Source of the DNA: a virus
Direction: 5' to 3' (one strand)
Virus record (IMG/VR): IMGVR_UViG_3300005077_000029
Span: 1-46,203 of that record
Length of the DNA: 46,203 nt
The position numbers and the translations under genes were made by a program. The notes under the pieces were generated by a model that saw only the letters and a program-made list of their open reading frames with translations, did not search any database and was not told where the DNA came from. Below are positions 16,255 through 25,410 of this stretch, piece by piece (position 1 is the stretch's first letter; each line of letters begins with the position of its first letter).

Positions 16255-18147
16255 TTAGAACTCCGCTGTCGGCACTGTGTAGCTACCTGTATATACAGCC
16301 GTGTCAGAAATACGAATTTCGTCCATCTCACCCTTGAGATAGTGGGCGAATCCGTTAGAGATGAAACCGATGTGGATTCCATCACTGCTCTTCGGCATGT
16401 CTGTAGATGATGTATCCGTATAGTTCCCGTCATAGCACAGGAAGTATTTGCCAGTAGAAGCATTGTAACCGCAGGCAATGTGGTGCCATGTGGCTGTGCC
16501 TTCATTGAACGGGTGACTGTAAGTTACAAAGATGTTTACCCCGTCTACTTTTAATACCAGCCGGTCTTCGTCCAGGTATATATGGAATCCTTGGTTAGTC
16601 CCGTCGAGAGACCCGAGGAAATAATACTGCTCTGTTCCTGTATAGCCAGCCCCTATGTCAATGCGGACAAAGAACTCTGCGGTCCAGCTTACACTGTTGA
16701 AGTTCCATACATCTTCGCAGTCCGTTATGTGGATAACTGAGGAAGTGCCGTTGAATGACAGTGATCCACTTCCGAATTTCTGCGTTGTCGTGTCGTAGGT
16801 TATATCTGTTGCGGATACAGTATGGCCCCACTCGTCAACCGTGTCCCCGTTACCGTGCATCAATAGATAGAAACCACCTGTGGATCCACAATTATTAGTC
16901 TTTATCAAGACGTCATCTATGTAGCCTGTCCATTTGTAGCTCGTAGCATCCTCGTGCCCAATGTATTTTATATTTAGTGCGAGGTTTGACGAATACGCAG
17001 TATATGTGATCCCGTCTACACATACATATACCTTGCCATCACCAATATCATTCCAGAATTTCACGGAATGCCATGTGTCATCTGATGAGGGAGTTATACC
17101 AATGCCAGCATCTCCAAGCGGGCGGCTAAGGCATGAAAGAACTATATTAGGATAGTTACCAAAGCCAACACTAAAGAGTGTTACCTGTCCGCTATATACA
17201 CCAATAGAAACCTTGGCATTCGCACCAAGACCACTGTGGTAATAACTGTAATAAACCTCCCACTCGTCAGTGATGTCGGCGGTTATATTTGTATCAATAG
17301 ACAGGTAAGAACTACCGTCTAAGTATAAAGATTTATTCCCGACTAGCACCTGTGTCGTTGACAATTGAGGAGTGCCAACGGCTGTTGTCGTTACGTTCGA
17401 ACAAGCATCCTCCATATCCGTTTCAAACGGGTACTTATAGACATTAAAAGCACACGCTAAACTACTCGTCGATCCACATGTAAGCGGACAACACGTTCTG
17501 GCCGCGGTTGGGACTGTATCTCCTGCTATATAGTCATTAGTTATCCCTATATCATCCATGTAACCATTTAGATAGTATTCAGGCCCACCACTCCCAGTAG
17601 ATGCCCCAAAAGCATAAACATTCAAGTCTAGTCTATCTCCAGAGGTGATAAGACTTCCGTTTATCCAAAGTTTAAGTAAGTTATTATCTACATCATTGCT
17701 TAAATGTAGATAATTCCACCCAGCAGAAACACTGGTATTTGACCAGTCAGTATCAGAGGTGGGGCGATTCGATTCTGACATTAAAAACTGGACAGCGGTC
17801 GGAGTGCCGCCGAGAATATTGAGGTAAATCCCGGTAACTCTTTCTCCGCCTGCATCCTCATTGACATATAGAGTTGCATCAAGCGGTGTGTAGAACCAAA
17901 AGGATAGAGTCCATTTGTCTGTGTAGTCGTAAGATATTGGAGTATTGACATGGAAATAAGAACTGCCATCAAACTCTGCCGCGTCACCATACTTAGCCGT
18001 AGCTGATGTAGTTACACCGCTATTGGTTACTGGATAGTTTCGGCAGTCTTCCTCAATATCCGCATCAAACGAAAAAACATAATCAGCACAAAACGTGCTT
18101 ACTGCAGCCAGATAAGGAATAAAGCAGCTTCCGGGCACGATCATCAT
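16255..18147 (-). CDS. Tail fibre/receptor-binding protein with three LamG (concanavalin-like) repeats
   Basis: 630-aa ORF with an ATGA overlap to the upstream gene. The pattern recurs three times: AEFDGSSYFHVNT..WTLSFWFY, LYLDGSSYLSIDT..WEVYYSYY, LSFNGTSSVIHIT..WTAEFFVR. GC is markedly low. Confidence 0.7.
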   Translation of the reverse strand: MMIVPGSCFIPYLAAVSTFCADYVFSFDADIEEDCRNYPVTNSGVTTSATAKYGDAAEFDGSSYFHVNTPISYDYTDKWTLSFWFYTPLDATLYVNEDAGGERVTGIYLNILGGTPTAVQFLMSESNRPTSDTDWSNTSVSAGWNYLHLSNDVDNNLLKLWINGSLITSGDRLDLNVYAFGASTGSGGPEYYLNGYMDDIGITNDYIAGDTVPTAARTCCPLTCGSTSSLACAFNVYKYPFETDMEDACSNVTTTAVGTPQLSTTQVLVGNKSLYLDGSSYLSIDTNITADITDEWEVYYSYYHSGLGANAKVSIGVYSGQVTLFSVGFGNYPNIVLSCLSRPLGDAGIGITPSSDDTWHSVKFWNDIGDGKVYVCVDGITYTAYSSNLALNIKYIGHEDATSYKWTGYIDDVLIKTNNCGSTGGFYLLMHGNGDTVDEWGHTVSATDITYDTTTQKFGSGSLSFNGTSSVIHITDCEDVWNFNSVSWTAEFFVRIDIGAGYTGTEQYYFLGSLDGTNQGFHIYLDEDRLVLKVDGVNIFVTYSHPFNEGTATWHHIACGYNASTGKYFLCYDGNYTDTSSTDMPKSSDGIHIGFISNGFAHYLKGEMDEIRISDTAVYTGSYTVPTAEF

Positions 18148-18698
18148 GATATGTCGTTCAACATTACGCAGGTTGCGTATGCTGCGGAGGAGTTCACAAC
18201 ATAACTGATGACATCTACTTCACCGCTACCCGTAGAAACTGTCCCTACCGTACCTCCGGGCCATTTCCAGAACGAGTTGAACGCAAGGGTTCTTGCTGTT
18301 GAATCCTGCGTGATTTGAATTACACCGGCCTGTCCTGCCACCGGGCTACTCGGTGCCGCAAGTGTCGTGTTTTCCGTCAGCGTGTGTTTGAAGTTATTCG
18401 AGTCACTTAAATTAATAGCGATGCTGTTACTAGAGCTGGTCAGGGTCGTATATTCCCCCGCCTGCCCAGCGGAAAACGTCTGCACCACACTCGTCATGGC
18501 GATAAGCTTCCACTCGCCAGCCCTGTACTGATAAAGGCCAATACCTTCTCCCGGGTCCCAGTCACTCCCATCCGCATAGACAATCACACCTTCCCTGGGT
18601 TTTTCCAGCAGCTTATGCCACTTAACCAGAGTCAACCGAAAGAATCTTGCAATCTCAAGATCCTTTATTCGGTCCGCGAGTTCAGTGAGCGTTACCAC
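18144..18698 (-). CDS. Tail fibre-associated structural protein
   Basis: 184-aa ORF with a GTG start at 18698 (GGGGG 5 nt upstream); overlaps both neighbours by 4-7 nt; Ser/Thr/Gly-rich beta-type sequence. Confidence 0.55.
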   Translation of the reverse strand: MVTLTELADRIKDLEIARFFRLTLVKWHKLLEKPREGVIVYADGSDWDPGEGIGLYQYRAGEWKLIAMTSVVQTFSAGQAGEYTTLTSSSNSIAINLSDSNNFKHTLTENTTLAAPSSPVAGQAGVIQITQDSTARTLAFNSFWKWPGGTVGTVSTGSGEVDVISYVVNSSAAYATCVMLNDIS

Positions 18699-20224
18699 AT
18701 AGCCCCCGATTTAACCTCGGCATCAATAGACTCCAGTTTCCAAGGGTCCGACCCGGAGGAGCTGACCCGCCAGGATATATAGCGTCCGTTAACCCTGAAG
18801 CACAGATCTCGAGTTGTCCCCACAGTAAAAGTTTGTGGGGTTGTCCAGGTTACAGCATCCCCCAGCTTCATCTGGCTTCCGATCTCCACCTGAACCTGGG
18901 TTCCGGCGACTGCAATAATATTAGGCCTGATGCGGGAAACAAATTTAATTGCCTCGTTCGGCTTCCCCTCAGACCCAAAGTCCAAAGACTTTCTCTCCAT
19001 CACCACGGCCATGGGGGAGCCGTCTTGCTCTTCCGTTTGCCCGAGAACGAAGAGTTTGGAGTTTCCAGCCCCCAGCATATACATTCTGGCTGCAAGGCTG
19101 ATCAGGTTTCCCCAGGGGTCAACGTCAGTATCCCAAGTTCCGGAATCCCCATCCCAGCTCCCTGCGGAATCGAAAACTGTCTTTCCGCTGTTAATGAAAG
19201 CGGTTTGGGGCAACTCCCGCTCTCCCCATTTCTGCGTAACCGGGTTGTAGGTGAAAGCGTAATCTGGTAGATGGCTGTTGAACGGAACGCAGAACATTAA
19301 TTCCTGTGTAGCTGTATCAAACGCAACAAAGTTTTTACAAGCGCAGGAGCCAGTAATACCGCCATAGATACGGTTCCGCACCGCCTTGGTCGCGATAGAG
19401 CGCATCTCTGTGCTGGTGTGAGCGACGATATCATCCGCCCCCATTGCATAGGAAACCCCTCTGTGAAAGAAGGTGCAATGCTTTGCCGTTAGTCCGAAGT
19501 GGTAAAACCGAGGAGCTGAGCGGAAAATCTGATCCCCGCCGATGTAGTTAAGCTCATAAACCGCATCCTCTTTGTAAACAAAGAAGGAGTCCCCAGCGGC
19601 CATCATGTCAATAATCCCACCTGGGGTGTCAGACAAGGGAAGGGTGCCCGTATCCTCTGTCGGGTCACTTTCGTCCCAGGATGCTGGGGCTGACCCCGGG
19701 TCGGCGGGACTAGACCATTTAAGCAGGGTGGGGAAAGTGTCGGAAGCGTTACTGATGTTTCCGGCAAAGACGAAATTCTTGAAGGGCCGGAGGACCTGGC
19801 AAAGCTCCCCAGAAATCCAATTAGGAAGGTCAGCTACAGAACCCGTGCCGGTCCAGTACTGTGGGGGATCAACGCCATTGTTGAGGAGTCCAATTCCGTG
19901 CAAAGTCCCGCCGGACCAGGCATTATAACCAACAGTAGTCAGCCCCCCACCTGGAGTAACATCGGACTCGGTTGTAGCAGACACACTGACAATACTATCA
20001 GCGCCAGCAACCAGCAGCCAAGGAACATTGAAACCGCCAGAGACAAAGTACAGCCCCGGATCGGTAAGGGTCAGTGCATTCTGAAACCCTGTATACCGAA
20101 CTAATACTCCGTCATTACAGTGTGCATTGACAAGACGGCTTACTGCACTCGTGGGGAGCAGATGCGCGTCTATGTCCGCGACATAACCGTTGTACTCGAA
20201 ATTAGTCAGACGTACCCACGGCAT
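18692..20224 (-). CDS. Large tail structural protein (tail hub or beta-propeller-like), family unknown
   Basis: 510-aa ORF with AGGGA upstream; beta-rich sequence with many W/G/D/S; lies between fibre genes. Confidence 0.55.
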   Translation of the reverse strand: MPWVRLTNFEYNGYVADIDAHLLPTSAVSRLVNAHCNDGVLVRYTGFQNALTLTDPGLYFVSGGFNVPWLLVAGADSIVSVSATTESDVTPGGGLTTVGYNAWSGGTLHGIGLLNNGVDPPQYWTGTGSVADLPNWISGELCQVLRPFKNFVFAGNISNASDTFPTLLKWSSPADPGSAPASWDESDPTEDTGTLPLSDTPGGIIDMMAAGDSFFVYKEDAVYELNYIGGDQIFRSAPRFYHFGLTAKHCTFFHRGVSYAMGADDIVAHTSTEMRSIATKAVRNRIYGGITGSCACKNFVAFDTATQELMFCVPFNSHLPDYAFTYNPVTQKWGERELPQTAFINSGKTVFDSAGSWDGDSGTWDTDVDPWGNLISLAARMYMLGAGNSKLFVLGQTEEQDGSPMAVVMERKSLDFGSEGKPNEAIKFVSRIRPNIIAVAGTQVQVEIGSQMKLGDAVTWTTPQTFTVGTTRDLCFRVNGRYISWRVSSSGSDPWKLESIDAEVKSGAMW

Positions 20225-20233
20225 GATCTATCC

Positions 20234-21190
20234 CTAAGAGTATTCCCAAATTTCAATATAGCCATCGCCGCCGTTGCCGCCAACACCAGCACCGGCACCA
20301 CCTCCGCCACCACCAGAACCCATATAGCCGACTCCGCCAGTTTGGTTATAGGAATAACCACCACCCCCACCGGCTCCGCCATAAGGACCGCTGCCGCCAT
20401 TGCCGCCACCAGCATAGCTCCCTTTATGGGTTTCTCCTGAGTTCCCAGGTACGTTTACGTCGCCACCGGAAGCGGACCCGCCTGTATTCCCGCCATAGTT
20501 ATAAAGCACTGCCGTACCACCGCCAGCGGTCATGCCAGCAATAGTAGTATTCCCACCACTACCACCTGCACCAGAGCTTGTACCCCCCGCACCACCAGCA
20601 CCTACGGTGTAAGCGTAGGACGCAGAGAGAGATGTGATGTATTTTGCGCAGTAACCACCCGCACCACCGCCAGGTGCATAAGGTCCACCAGTGCCGCCGG
20701 CTCCGGCACCAACAGCGATGATATATGCTGCATTAGTATCGGCAGGGACGTTCCACGTTCCACTTCCGGCAGTGGTGTAGCGGGTAATGCGGAGTAGTCG
20801 GGAGACAGCAGGCAGCGCAGCGCTTGTAAACGTCGAGCCGTCACTCATTACCACATTACCACTGGTCCCAGCGGCGGTAAGCCCAGTCCCGCCCTGCGCT
20901 ACAGATAACGGTGTAGTCAGCCCGGCAAGACTGGTGATGTCTGTATTCGCCCCTTTTCCGGCCTTGCTAGCCAATTGCGCATAGATGGAATCCGAGGTGT
21001 CTGACGTAATATCAATCAGCGCATTGATCTCAGCATGTGTAGCAGAGATTGTAGCGGAGATATTCGGAAACGTCTGCTTGATACCAAGCTTAAGATTCCG
21101 AATGTGATTATCCCCTTCACTCTTGGAGTCCCCGCCGAGGGGCCAGAGAACATTGAAATCGCTGATATAGGTTACCGACTCAAGACCCAT
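20234..21190 (-). CDS. Tail fibre protein with glycine-rich C-terminal domain
   Basis: 318-aa ORF with GGAG upstream. Fibre-like N-terminus (SDFNVLWPLGGDSKSEGDNHIRNLK). C-terminal half is dominated by GGxGG/GGAGG repeats (GAGAGGTGGPYAPGGGAGGY..GGGGGGAGAGVGGNGGDGYIEIWEY). Confidence 0.7.
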   Translation of the reverse strand: MGLESVTYISDFNVLWPLGGDSKSEGDNHIRNLKLGIKQTFPNISATISATHAEINALIDITSDTSDSIYAQLASKAGKGANTDITSLAGLTTPLSVAQGGTGLTAAGTSGNVVMSDGSTFTSAALPAVSRLLRITRYTTAGSGTWNVPADTNAAYIIAVGAGAGGTGGPYAPGGGAGGYCAKYITSLSASYAYTVGAGGAGGTSSGAGGSGGNTTIAGMTAGGGTAVLYNYGGNTGGSASGGDVNVPGNSGETHKGSYAGGGNGGSGPYGGAGGGGGYSYNQTGGVGYMGSGGGGGGAGAGVGGNGGDGYIEIWEYS

Positions 21191-21192
21191 GA

Positions 21193-21828
21193 TTAATCTC
21201 CACGAGATCGCGAGCGGTTAGTTTCTTCCCTCGCAATGGTTTCATTACGCAGTCTGGTCTGCGCTAAAATCTCTTCCTGCGCAAAGACTGCAAGAAGTTC
21301 CGTATCCCGGAGGTAGGAAGCCAACCGGCGGCCTGTCCGTGCCATGAGGAGGTCAGGTGCCCAGGTTAGCCAAAGGTTGGTAGCCCCCACAGCCATGGTG
21401 CTGGGAAGTGTATCTTGCGCGAAATACCGCAGTTTCAGGGTGTAGGCTGCGTCCGGCAGTGGGAAGATCTGAAACTCCTGGCCGGTCAGAGTGTACCCCG
21501 CTGGGGCGCCCTGGGTATCACCCCAGTAAAGAATCGAGGCATCATACTCCCCCTTTTCGAGTTCCGTAACTCCCCCATTCGCATCAATATAGCGAAGGGA
21601 ATCATCGTCAGCCTCAAGAAGGAAATCAGCCGGGACAGCCACTTCTCGCGTAGCCGCTACTGTAGTCAGGGTAGTCTCACTTGAAAGCAAGAACCAAGGA
21701 GGCTCACCACCACGCTCGAGCTCGAACTGGGTCTGATCCATTTCAAGTGGAATCAAAACGTCCAGGTCAGCATCGGTACGTGAACCAAGCCGAAACTTCA
21801 ACAATGTCAATGCGGCACTTAAAAGCAT
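21193..21828 (-). CDS. Virion structural protein (adaptor-like), family unknown
   Basis: 211-aa ORF with AAGGGG upstream; stop is 2 nt before the next start. Confidence 0.5.
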   Translation of the reverse strand: MLLSAALTLLKFRLGSRTDADLDVLIPLEMDQTQFELERGGEPPWFLLSSETTLTTVAATREVAVPADFLLEADDDSLRYIDANGGVTELEKGEYDASILYWGDTQGAPAGYTLTGQEFQIFPLPDAAYTLKLRYFAQDTLPSTMAVGATNLWLTWAPDLLMARTGRRLASYLRDTELLAVFAQEEILAQTRLRNETIAREETNRSRSRGD

Positions 21829-21857
21829 GACTTACCCCTTATAGATTACGTTCTTAT

Positions 21858-22415
21858 CTACCCAGTAATCGTACCACCAGATACTCGCGTATCTTCTTGC
21901 ACGAGTGTCAGCCCAAGTTCAGCCAATCCAGATAAAACATCTGGAGCAAAAGACACCAAGGCCACATCCAGGGCTGCTTGTATCTGTGCTTTGGTGGGGA
22001 CGAGTTCGGCGGGCCATCTGTTATCCCGGTCCTCTACCATCTTAGTGCGTAGCAAAGTAGTGTTATCGCGGGTCGCGGCTGTGAGTTTGTCTGCCGGGAT
22101 TTCCTTATCAAGTATTGCCTCCGCTGATGCCTCTCTTTTTGTTTTTGAGAGGGTGTACACAGCAAACTGTTTTGCTAACTCTGGATAACACGGACTGCCG
22201 TACACTATCCAGTCTTTATAAGCAGCAGACGGATTTTCTCTCCGAGTACCTTCCGCATCAACAATGTCTGTCTGTGAACTCTGTGCCATAAGGTTGAAGG
22301 CTAAGTGCCCACCGACGTCGGGGTCAAGATGCCGACTAGCTGCCTTTGCAATGGCGAGTACAGCTTGATTTCCTTTGGGTATTGCTATGGTTATAAAGTG
22401 ATTGTAGGTGGTCAT
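21858..22415 (-). CDS. Hypothetical protein
   Basis: Start set to ATG 22415 (MTTYNHF..) because the ORF track's longer version (to 22535) would overlap the upstream fibre gene by 110 nt. Confidence 0.55.
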   Translation of the reverse strand: MTTYNHFITIAIPKGNQAVLAIAKAASRHLDPDVGGHLAFNLMAQSSQTDIVDAEGTRRENPSAAYKDWIVYGSPCYPELAKQFAVYTLSKTKREASAEAILDKEIPADKLTAATRDNTTLLRTKMVEDRDNRWPAELVPTKAQIQAALDVALVSFAPDVLSGLAELGLTLVQEDTRVSGGTITG

Positions 22416-22425
22416 GTAATATCTC

Positions 22426-24516
22426 TCAAAGATACGAGGCGGCACGGAATCCCACGTTGTTGCCCGAGTACCCCCGCGTGTGACTCCAGTGCGAGGCCCA
22501 CGCCCCGGAAGCCGACCAGAAGCTCCAGTCCGCACCGAGAATCAGACAGAGATCATTGCGGATGTACTGGTACCAGTGGTCTGCGCCGAACAGGCTGCTG
22601 CCCGACGTGCCGTCGCTGATGCCGGTGGCGAGGGGCATCCCTAGTCCGGTACGCAGCCAGCCCGAGCCGCTGGTGGCGGCGTCCAGCACCTGGTTGGTGG
22701 ACTTGCCATAGCGCTTGTCGAATCCGTTCTGCGCGTAGTCGGTGCGGAACGTGGGGGCAAACGCCGAACTGTGGGCTGCCACGCCCGTAGCGCCCCATTG
22801 GTCCGTGGCCAGGGTGTTGCCGCCGGTCAAATCCTTGGTGGCGGCGGTAGTATTGAGCGCGTAGAACGTGCCATAGGTCAGCGTGCCGCCCGATGTGTAG
22901 GCAGAAAACCCGGTGCCGTCCGCGCCTTGCAGGGTCACGGTGTTAACATCCACCACCGTGACCTTGAACAGCTTGTCGTTGATCTGGGTCATGCCGCCCA
23001 CGCCCGTGATCATCACGGTATCGTCCGTGGCCAGGCCATGGCCGGTGACGGTGAGGGCCACTGGGTTGGCCTTGGTGCCGCCGGTGATGGTCTTGCCGCC
23101 ACCCACGCAGGTGACGCCGGGGGCGATCTCCCACATGCCGCCGTTGAGGTCCGCCACGCCGCAGTCCTGGCCGTTGTGGGTGGACTTGGCGAAGTTGCTG
23201 GCGCTGCCGGTCTTGCCGCTGTTGCTGTAGCCATCCGACTGATAGACCACGGTCGCGTCGTTCTGGTCTTTCAGGGCGTTGTTGTTGCAGCCTTTGGGGT
23301 AGTTGATGCTGCCCGTGCCATCAAACCAGGCGCACCGGGCGCGGCTGGTGGCGGCCTGGCCGTGGGCCAGAGACAACAGAGCCAGTGCTGACCGGATGAA
23401 CACCGTGGCAGGGAAAAACGCCACGCCTCGGGTCTTGGACGCGGCGAAGCAGCCTCCGTAGTTGCTGGCCGGGGTGCCCGTGAGCGCGCCGATGGGGTTG
23501 TGGTCCGTGGCATGCGTGGATAGCGGGTTGCCGTTGCGGATGCTGCTGGCCGTGCCGCTGTTGTTGCTGCACTTGTACTTGTCAACGAAGAAGCCTGGCT
23601 GGATGCTGCCGCCATCGTAGAACGCCCGGTGCAGGGCGTACCCGGCCACGTTGGCGGCGGCTACATCCGCAAAGGCGCTGTAGGGCTTAACATCAACCGA
23701 GTTGGCCCCGTAGGTCGCATACGTCGGGTTGCTGGCATGTGCAATACGGTAATAAAACGCGGGCACCCACACCATGATACTGCCGTCTGAGTAACGGTAA
23801 TTACCGTAGCTGTCAGATTCAGGATCAGTGTTGTACGGCAAATCACTAAACCCGGCGGGTAGCGATGGGCAAATCCCGACCCCAAACCCTGCCGCGCCTG
23901 GAGTACCTATGTCATTGGTCGTGGCTGCCGCGCCTGCTGAATAGCCAGACAGTGTGGCCATATAGGCGGCTGTGGTGGATATTTCTGATGCAGTCAGAAT
24001 CCCAGGCACCACAGCCATGCCATAGACGGCATCCTCTGTGATTCGCCATCCATCCGACATGTCCGCAATCTCGACACCAACAGAGCCGTTATAGGCAGTG
24101 AAAACGGTGGACACGTCATAACTACTGCTCGTTGACCCGACAGTAATAATGTCATCCACCTCATCGAAATCCAGCCACCAGGGGCCGACACCATCCGACA
24201 CACCAGCAGTGACAGTGCCCTTCCGCAACCTGGGCTTGTTACCTGTGGTGGTCTGGGTGGCGTAGAGCGCACTTCCGGCGCTGCATATGATTCTCCCCAC
24301 CAGCCCATCCAGTACGGCAGGGGTTGAGCCTGCGGAGTCTTCGAAACAGGTGTCCGTGCTCGGCGCGAACAGGGTGCCACCGTAGGTCTGGAGGACAGCC
24401 TGGGCCGCGGCGGAGAGGCTACCACCAGCACCCCCATGTCGCCGATGAAAACGCTGGTTAATCATCATCCGACGGCGCTGTTCGTAGTCGACTGTAAAGT
24501 TCGAGAAGAAATTCAT
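22426..24516 (-). CDS. Receptor-binding tail fibre: N-terminal LamG-like region plus C-terminal FGE-sulfatase/C-type-lectin-fold domain with an inserted beta-barrel
   Basis: 696-aa ORF. FGE-like landmarks: PGFFVDKYKCSN, GVADLNGGMWEI, and C-terminal LGADWSFWSASGAWASHWSHTRGYSGNNVGFRAASYL. Inserted block: ANPVALTVTGHGLATDDTVMITGVGGMTQINDKLFKVTVVDVNTVTL (E1-FCCH-like). The 3' two thirds are very GC-rich. Confidence 0.75.
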   Translation of the reverse strand: MNFFSNFTVDYEQRRRMMINQRFHRRHGGAGGSLSAAAQAVLQTYGGTLFAPSTDTCFEDSAGSTPAVLDGLVGRIICSAGSALYATQTTTGNKPRLRKGTVTAGVSDGVGPWWLDFDEVDDIITVGSTSSSYDVSTVFTAYNGSVGVEIADMSDGWRITEDAVYGMAVVPGILTASEISTTAAYMATLSGYSAGAAATTNDIGTPGAAGFGVGICPSLPAGFSDLPYNTDPESDSYGNYRYSDGSIMVWVPAFYYRIAHASNPTYATYGANSVDVKPYSAFADVAAANVAGYALHRAFYDGGSIQPGFFVDKYKCSNNSGTASSIRNGNPLSTHATDHNPIGALTGTPASNYGGCFAASKTRGVAFFPATVFIRSALALLSLAHGQAATSRARCAWFDGTGSINYPKGCNNNALKDQNDATVVYQSDGYSNSGKTGSASNFAKSTHNGQDCGVADLNGGMWEIAPGVTCVGGGKTITGGTKANPVALTVTGHGLATDDTVMITGVGGMTQINDKLFKVTVVDVNTVTLQGADGTGFSAYTSGGTLTYGTFYALNTTAATKDLTGGNTLATDQWGATGVAAHSSAFAPTFRTDYAQNGFDKRYGKSTNQVLDAATSGSGWLRTGLGMPLATGISDGTSGSSLFGADHWYQYIRNDLCLILGADWSFWSASGAWASHWSHTRGYSGNNVGFRAASYL

Positions 24517-24531
24517 TGTCAGCTTCCAGTT

Positions 24532-24804
24532 TTAGCGCTTAGATTCCAGTTTGTCCACCCGCACATTGATGCGGCCAAGCTCCGCCCAAACCGACTGAAA
24601 ATCTTTTGCGGCATCCACTCCACGGTAGCGGTCTTGCGTGCCTTGGTTCACCGTCACCTGCAGCGCCCGCACTTCGGCTTGCAGGATGCCCAGTTGCGTG
24701 ATCGTGTCCACGTTGGTTTTCAGGCTCCACCCCAGCAGGCCAACAATGAGTATCTGCATGATGGTGCCCACGTGCTGCTCCAATCTCCAGTCGGGTGGTG
24801 ACAT
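24532..24804 (-). CDS. Single-pass membrane protein with coiled-coil C-terminus
   Basis: 90-aa ORF; TM segment IMQILIVGLLGW followed by heptad-like QLGILQAEVRALQVTV. Confidence 0.55.
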   Translation of the reverse strand: MSPPDWRLEQHVGTIMQILIVGLLGWSLKTNVDTITQLGILQAEVRALQVTVNQGTQDRYRGVDAAKDFQSVWAELGRINVRVDKLESKR

Positions 24805-24807
24805 GAT

Positions 24808-24915
24808 TCAACCTTCCAAGAACAGGATAAGTATCAAGGCCAATGTTGCAACAAAGGCAAACCCTATGCCCACCGCTGTAACCAGGGTAATGAGTAGTCG
24901 TGTGTCGGGACTCAT
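24808..24915 (-). CDS. 35-aa single-pass membrane peptide (below the ORF-track cutoff)
   Basis: My own translation is MSPDTRLLITLVTAVGIGFAFVATLALILILFLEG. Its ATG overlaps the i-spanin stop (ATGA at 24912-24915), and its stop is 3 nt before the next ATG. Confidence 0.45.
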   Translation of the reverse strand: MSPDTRLLITLVTAVGIGFAFVATLALILILFLEG

Positions 24916-25409
24916 TTCATGTCCTTTTCATCTGCGGTGTGCCAATCGATAAGGGCGTTGAGTTGGGCATAGCAGGCGAAGCATCGGGGGTAGTTGATGG
25001 CGATGTTGGCGGCGAGGGGAGCGGCATCAATGGGAGGGGCCTTTGAAGCAGGTGCGCCGGTGGCTTCGGGCAAGGAGTCACCACGACTTGCGGCCCCGAT
25101 GAGCACCCCGAGATCAGCAGGACAGTTGCCAGTAATAGCGTTCGCATAGGTCAGGTACTCCTTTTCCGTAGCCTGCAATTTTCGCTGGGTTGCGGCAAGA
25201 TCGGCCGATAGCTTGTCGCCACGAGCCTGCGCCGCGCTGGCGATAGCCTGCTGCCGTTGTAGGGTCTCGGCCATGATGGCGAGATGTTCCGCTTCACAAG
25301 CATCCTGGCCGCGTCCGTAAGCCCACAGATAAGCAGAGCCAGCAGCAACAGCGGCACCAAGAGCCAGAAAACCGTAACGAGCCAGAGGGGAGGCGAGTAG
25401 CGCGAACAT
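24912..25409 (-). CDS. i-spanin (Rz-like)
   Basis: 165-aa ORF; N-terminal TM (YGFLALGAAVAAGSAYLWAY), Ala/Gln-rich coiled coil; lies directly after the holin-like gene and contains an embedded lipoprotein ORF. Confidence 0.8.
   Translation of the reverse strand: MFALLASPLARYGFLALGAAVAAGSAYLWAYGRGQDACEAEHLAIMAETLQRQQAIASAAQARGDKLSADLAATQRKLQATEKEYLTYANAITGNCPADLGVLIGAASRGDSLPEATGAPASKAPPIDAAPLAANIAINYPRCFACYAQLNALIDWHTADEKDMK
24917..25147 (-). CDS. o-spanin (Rz1-like lipoprotein) embedded out of frame in the i-spanin gene
   Basis: 76-aa ORF; MRTLLLATVLLISGC lipobox; Pro-rich mature part; AAGGAG 10 nt upstream of ATG 25147; lies entirely within 24912..25409. Confidence 0.8.
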   Translation of the reverse strand: MRTLLLATVLLISGCSSGPQVVVTPCPKPPAHLLQRPLPLMPLPSPPTSPSTTPDASPAMPNSTPLSIGTPQMKRT

Positions 25410-25410
25410 G

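Noticed and set aside
22426-22600. Active diversity-generating retroelement
   Set aside because: The VR-like tip is present, but I found no reverse transcriptase ORF, no Avd-like gene and no second copy of the 22430-22570 sequence anywhere in this closed genome. It is reported only as an orphan or fossil candidate.
22553-23615. Many overlapping ORFs on both strands in the 22.5-23.6 kb region
   Set aside because: This stretch is very GC-rich, which suppresses stop codons in all frames. The peptides are Arg/Pro/Gly/Ala strings. Only the 696-aa frame has recognisable domain landmarks.
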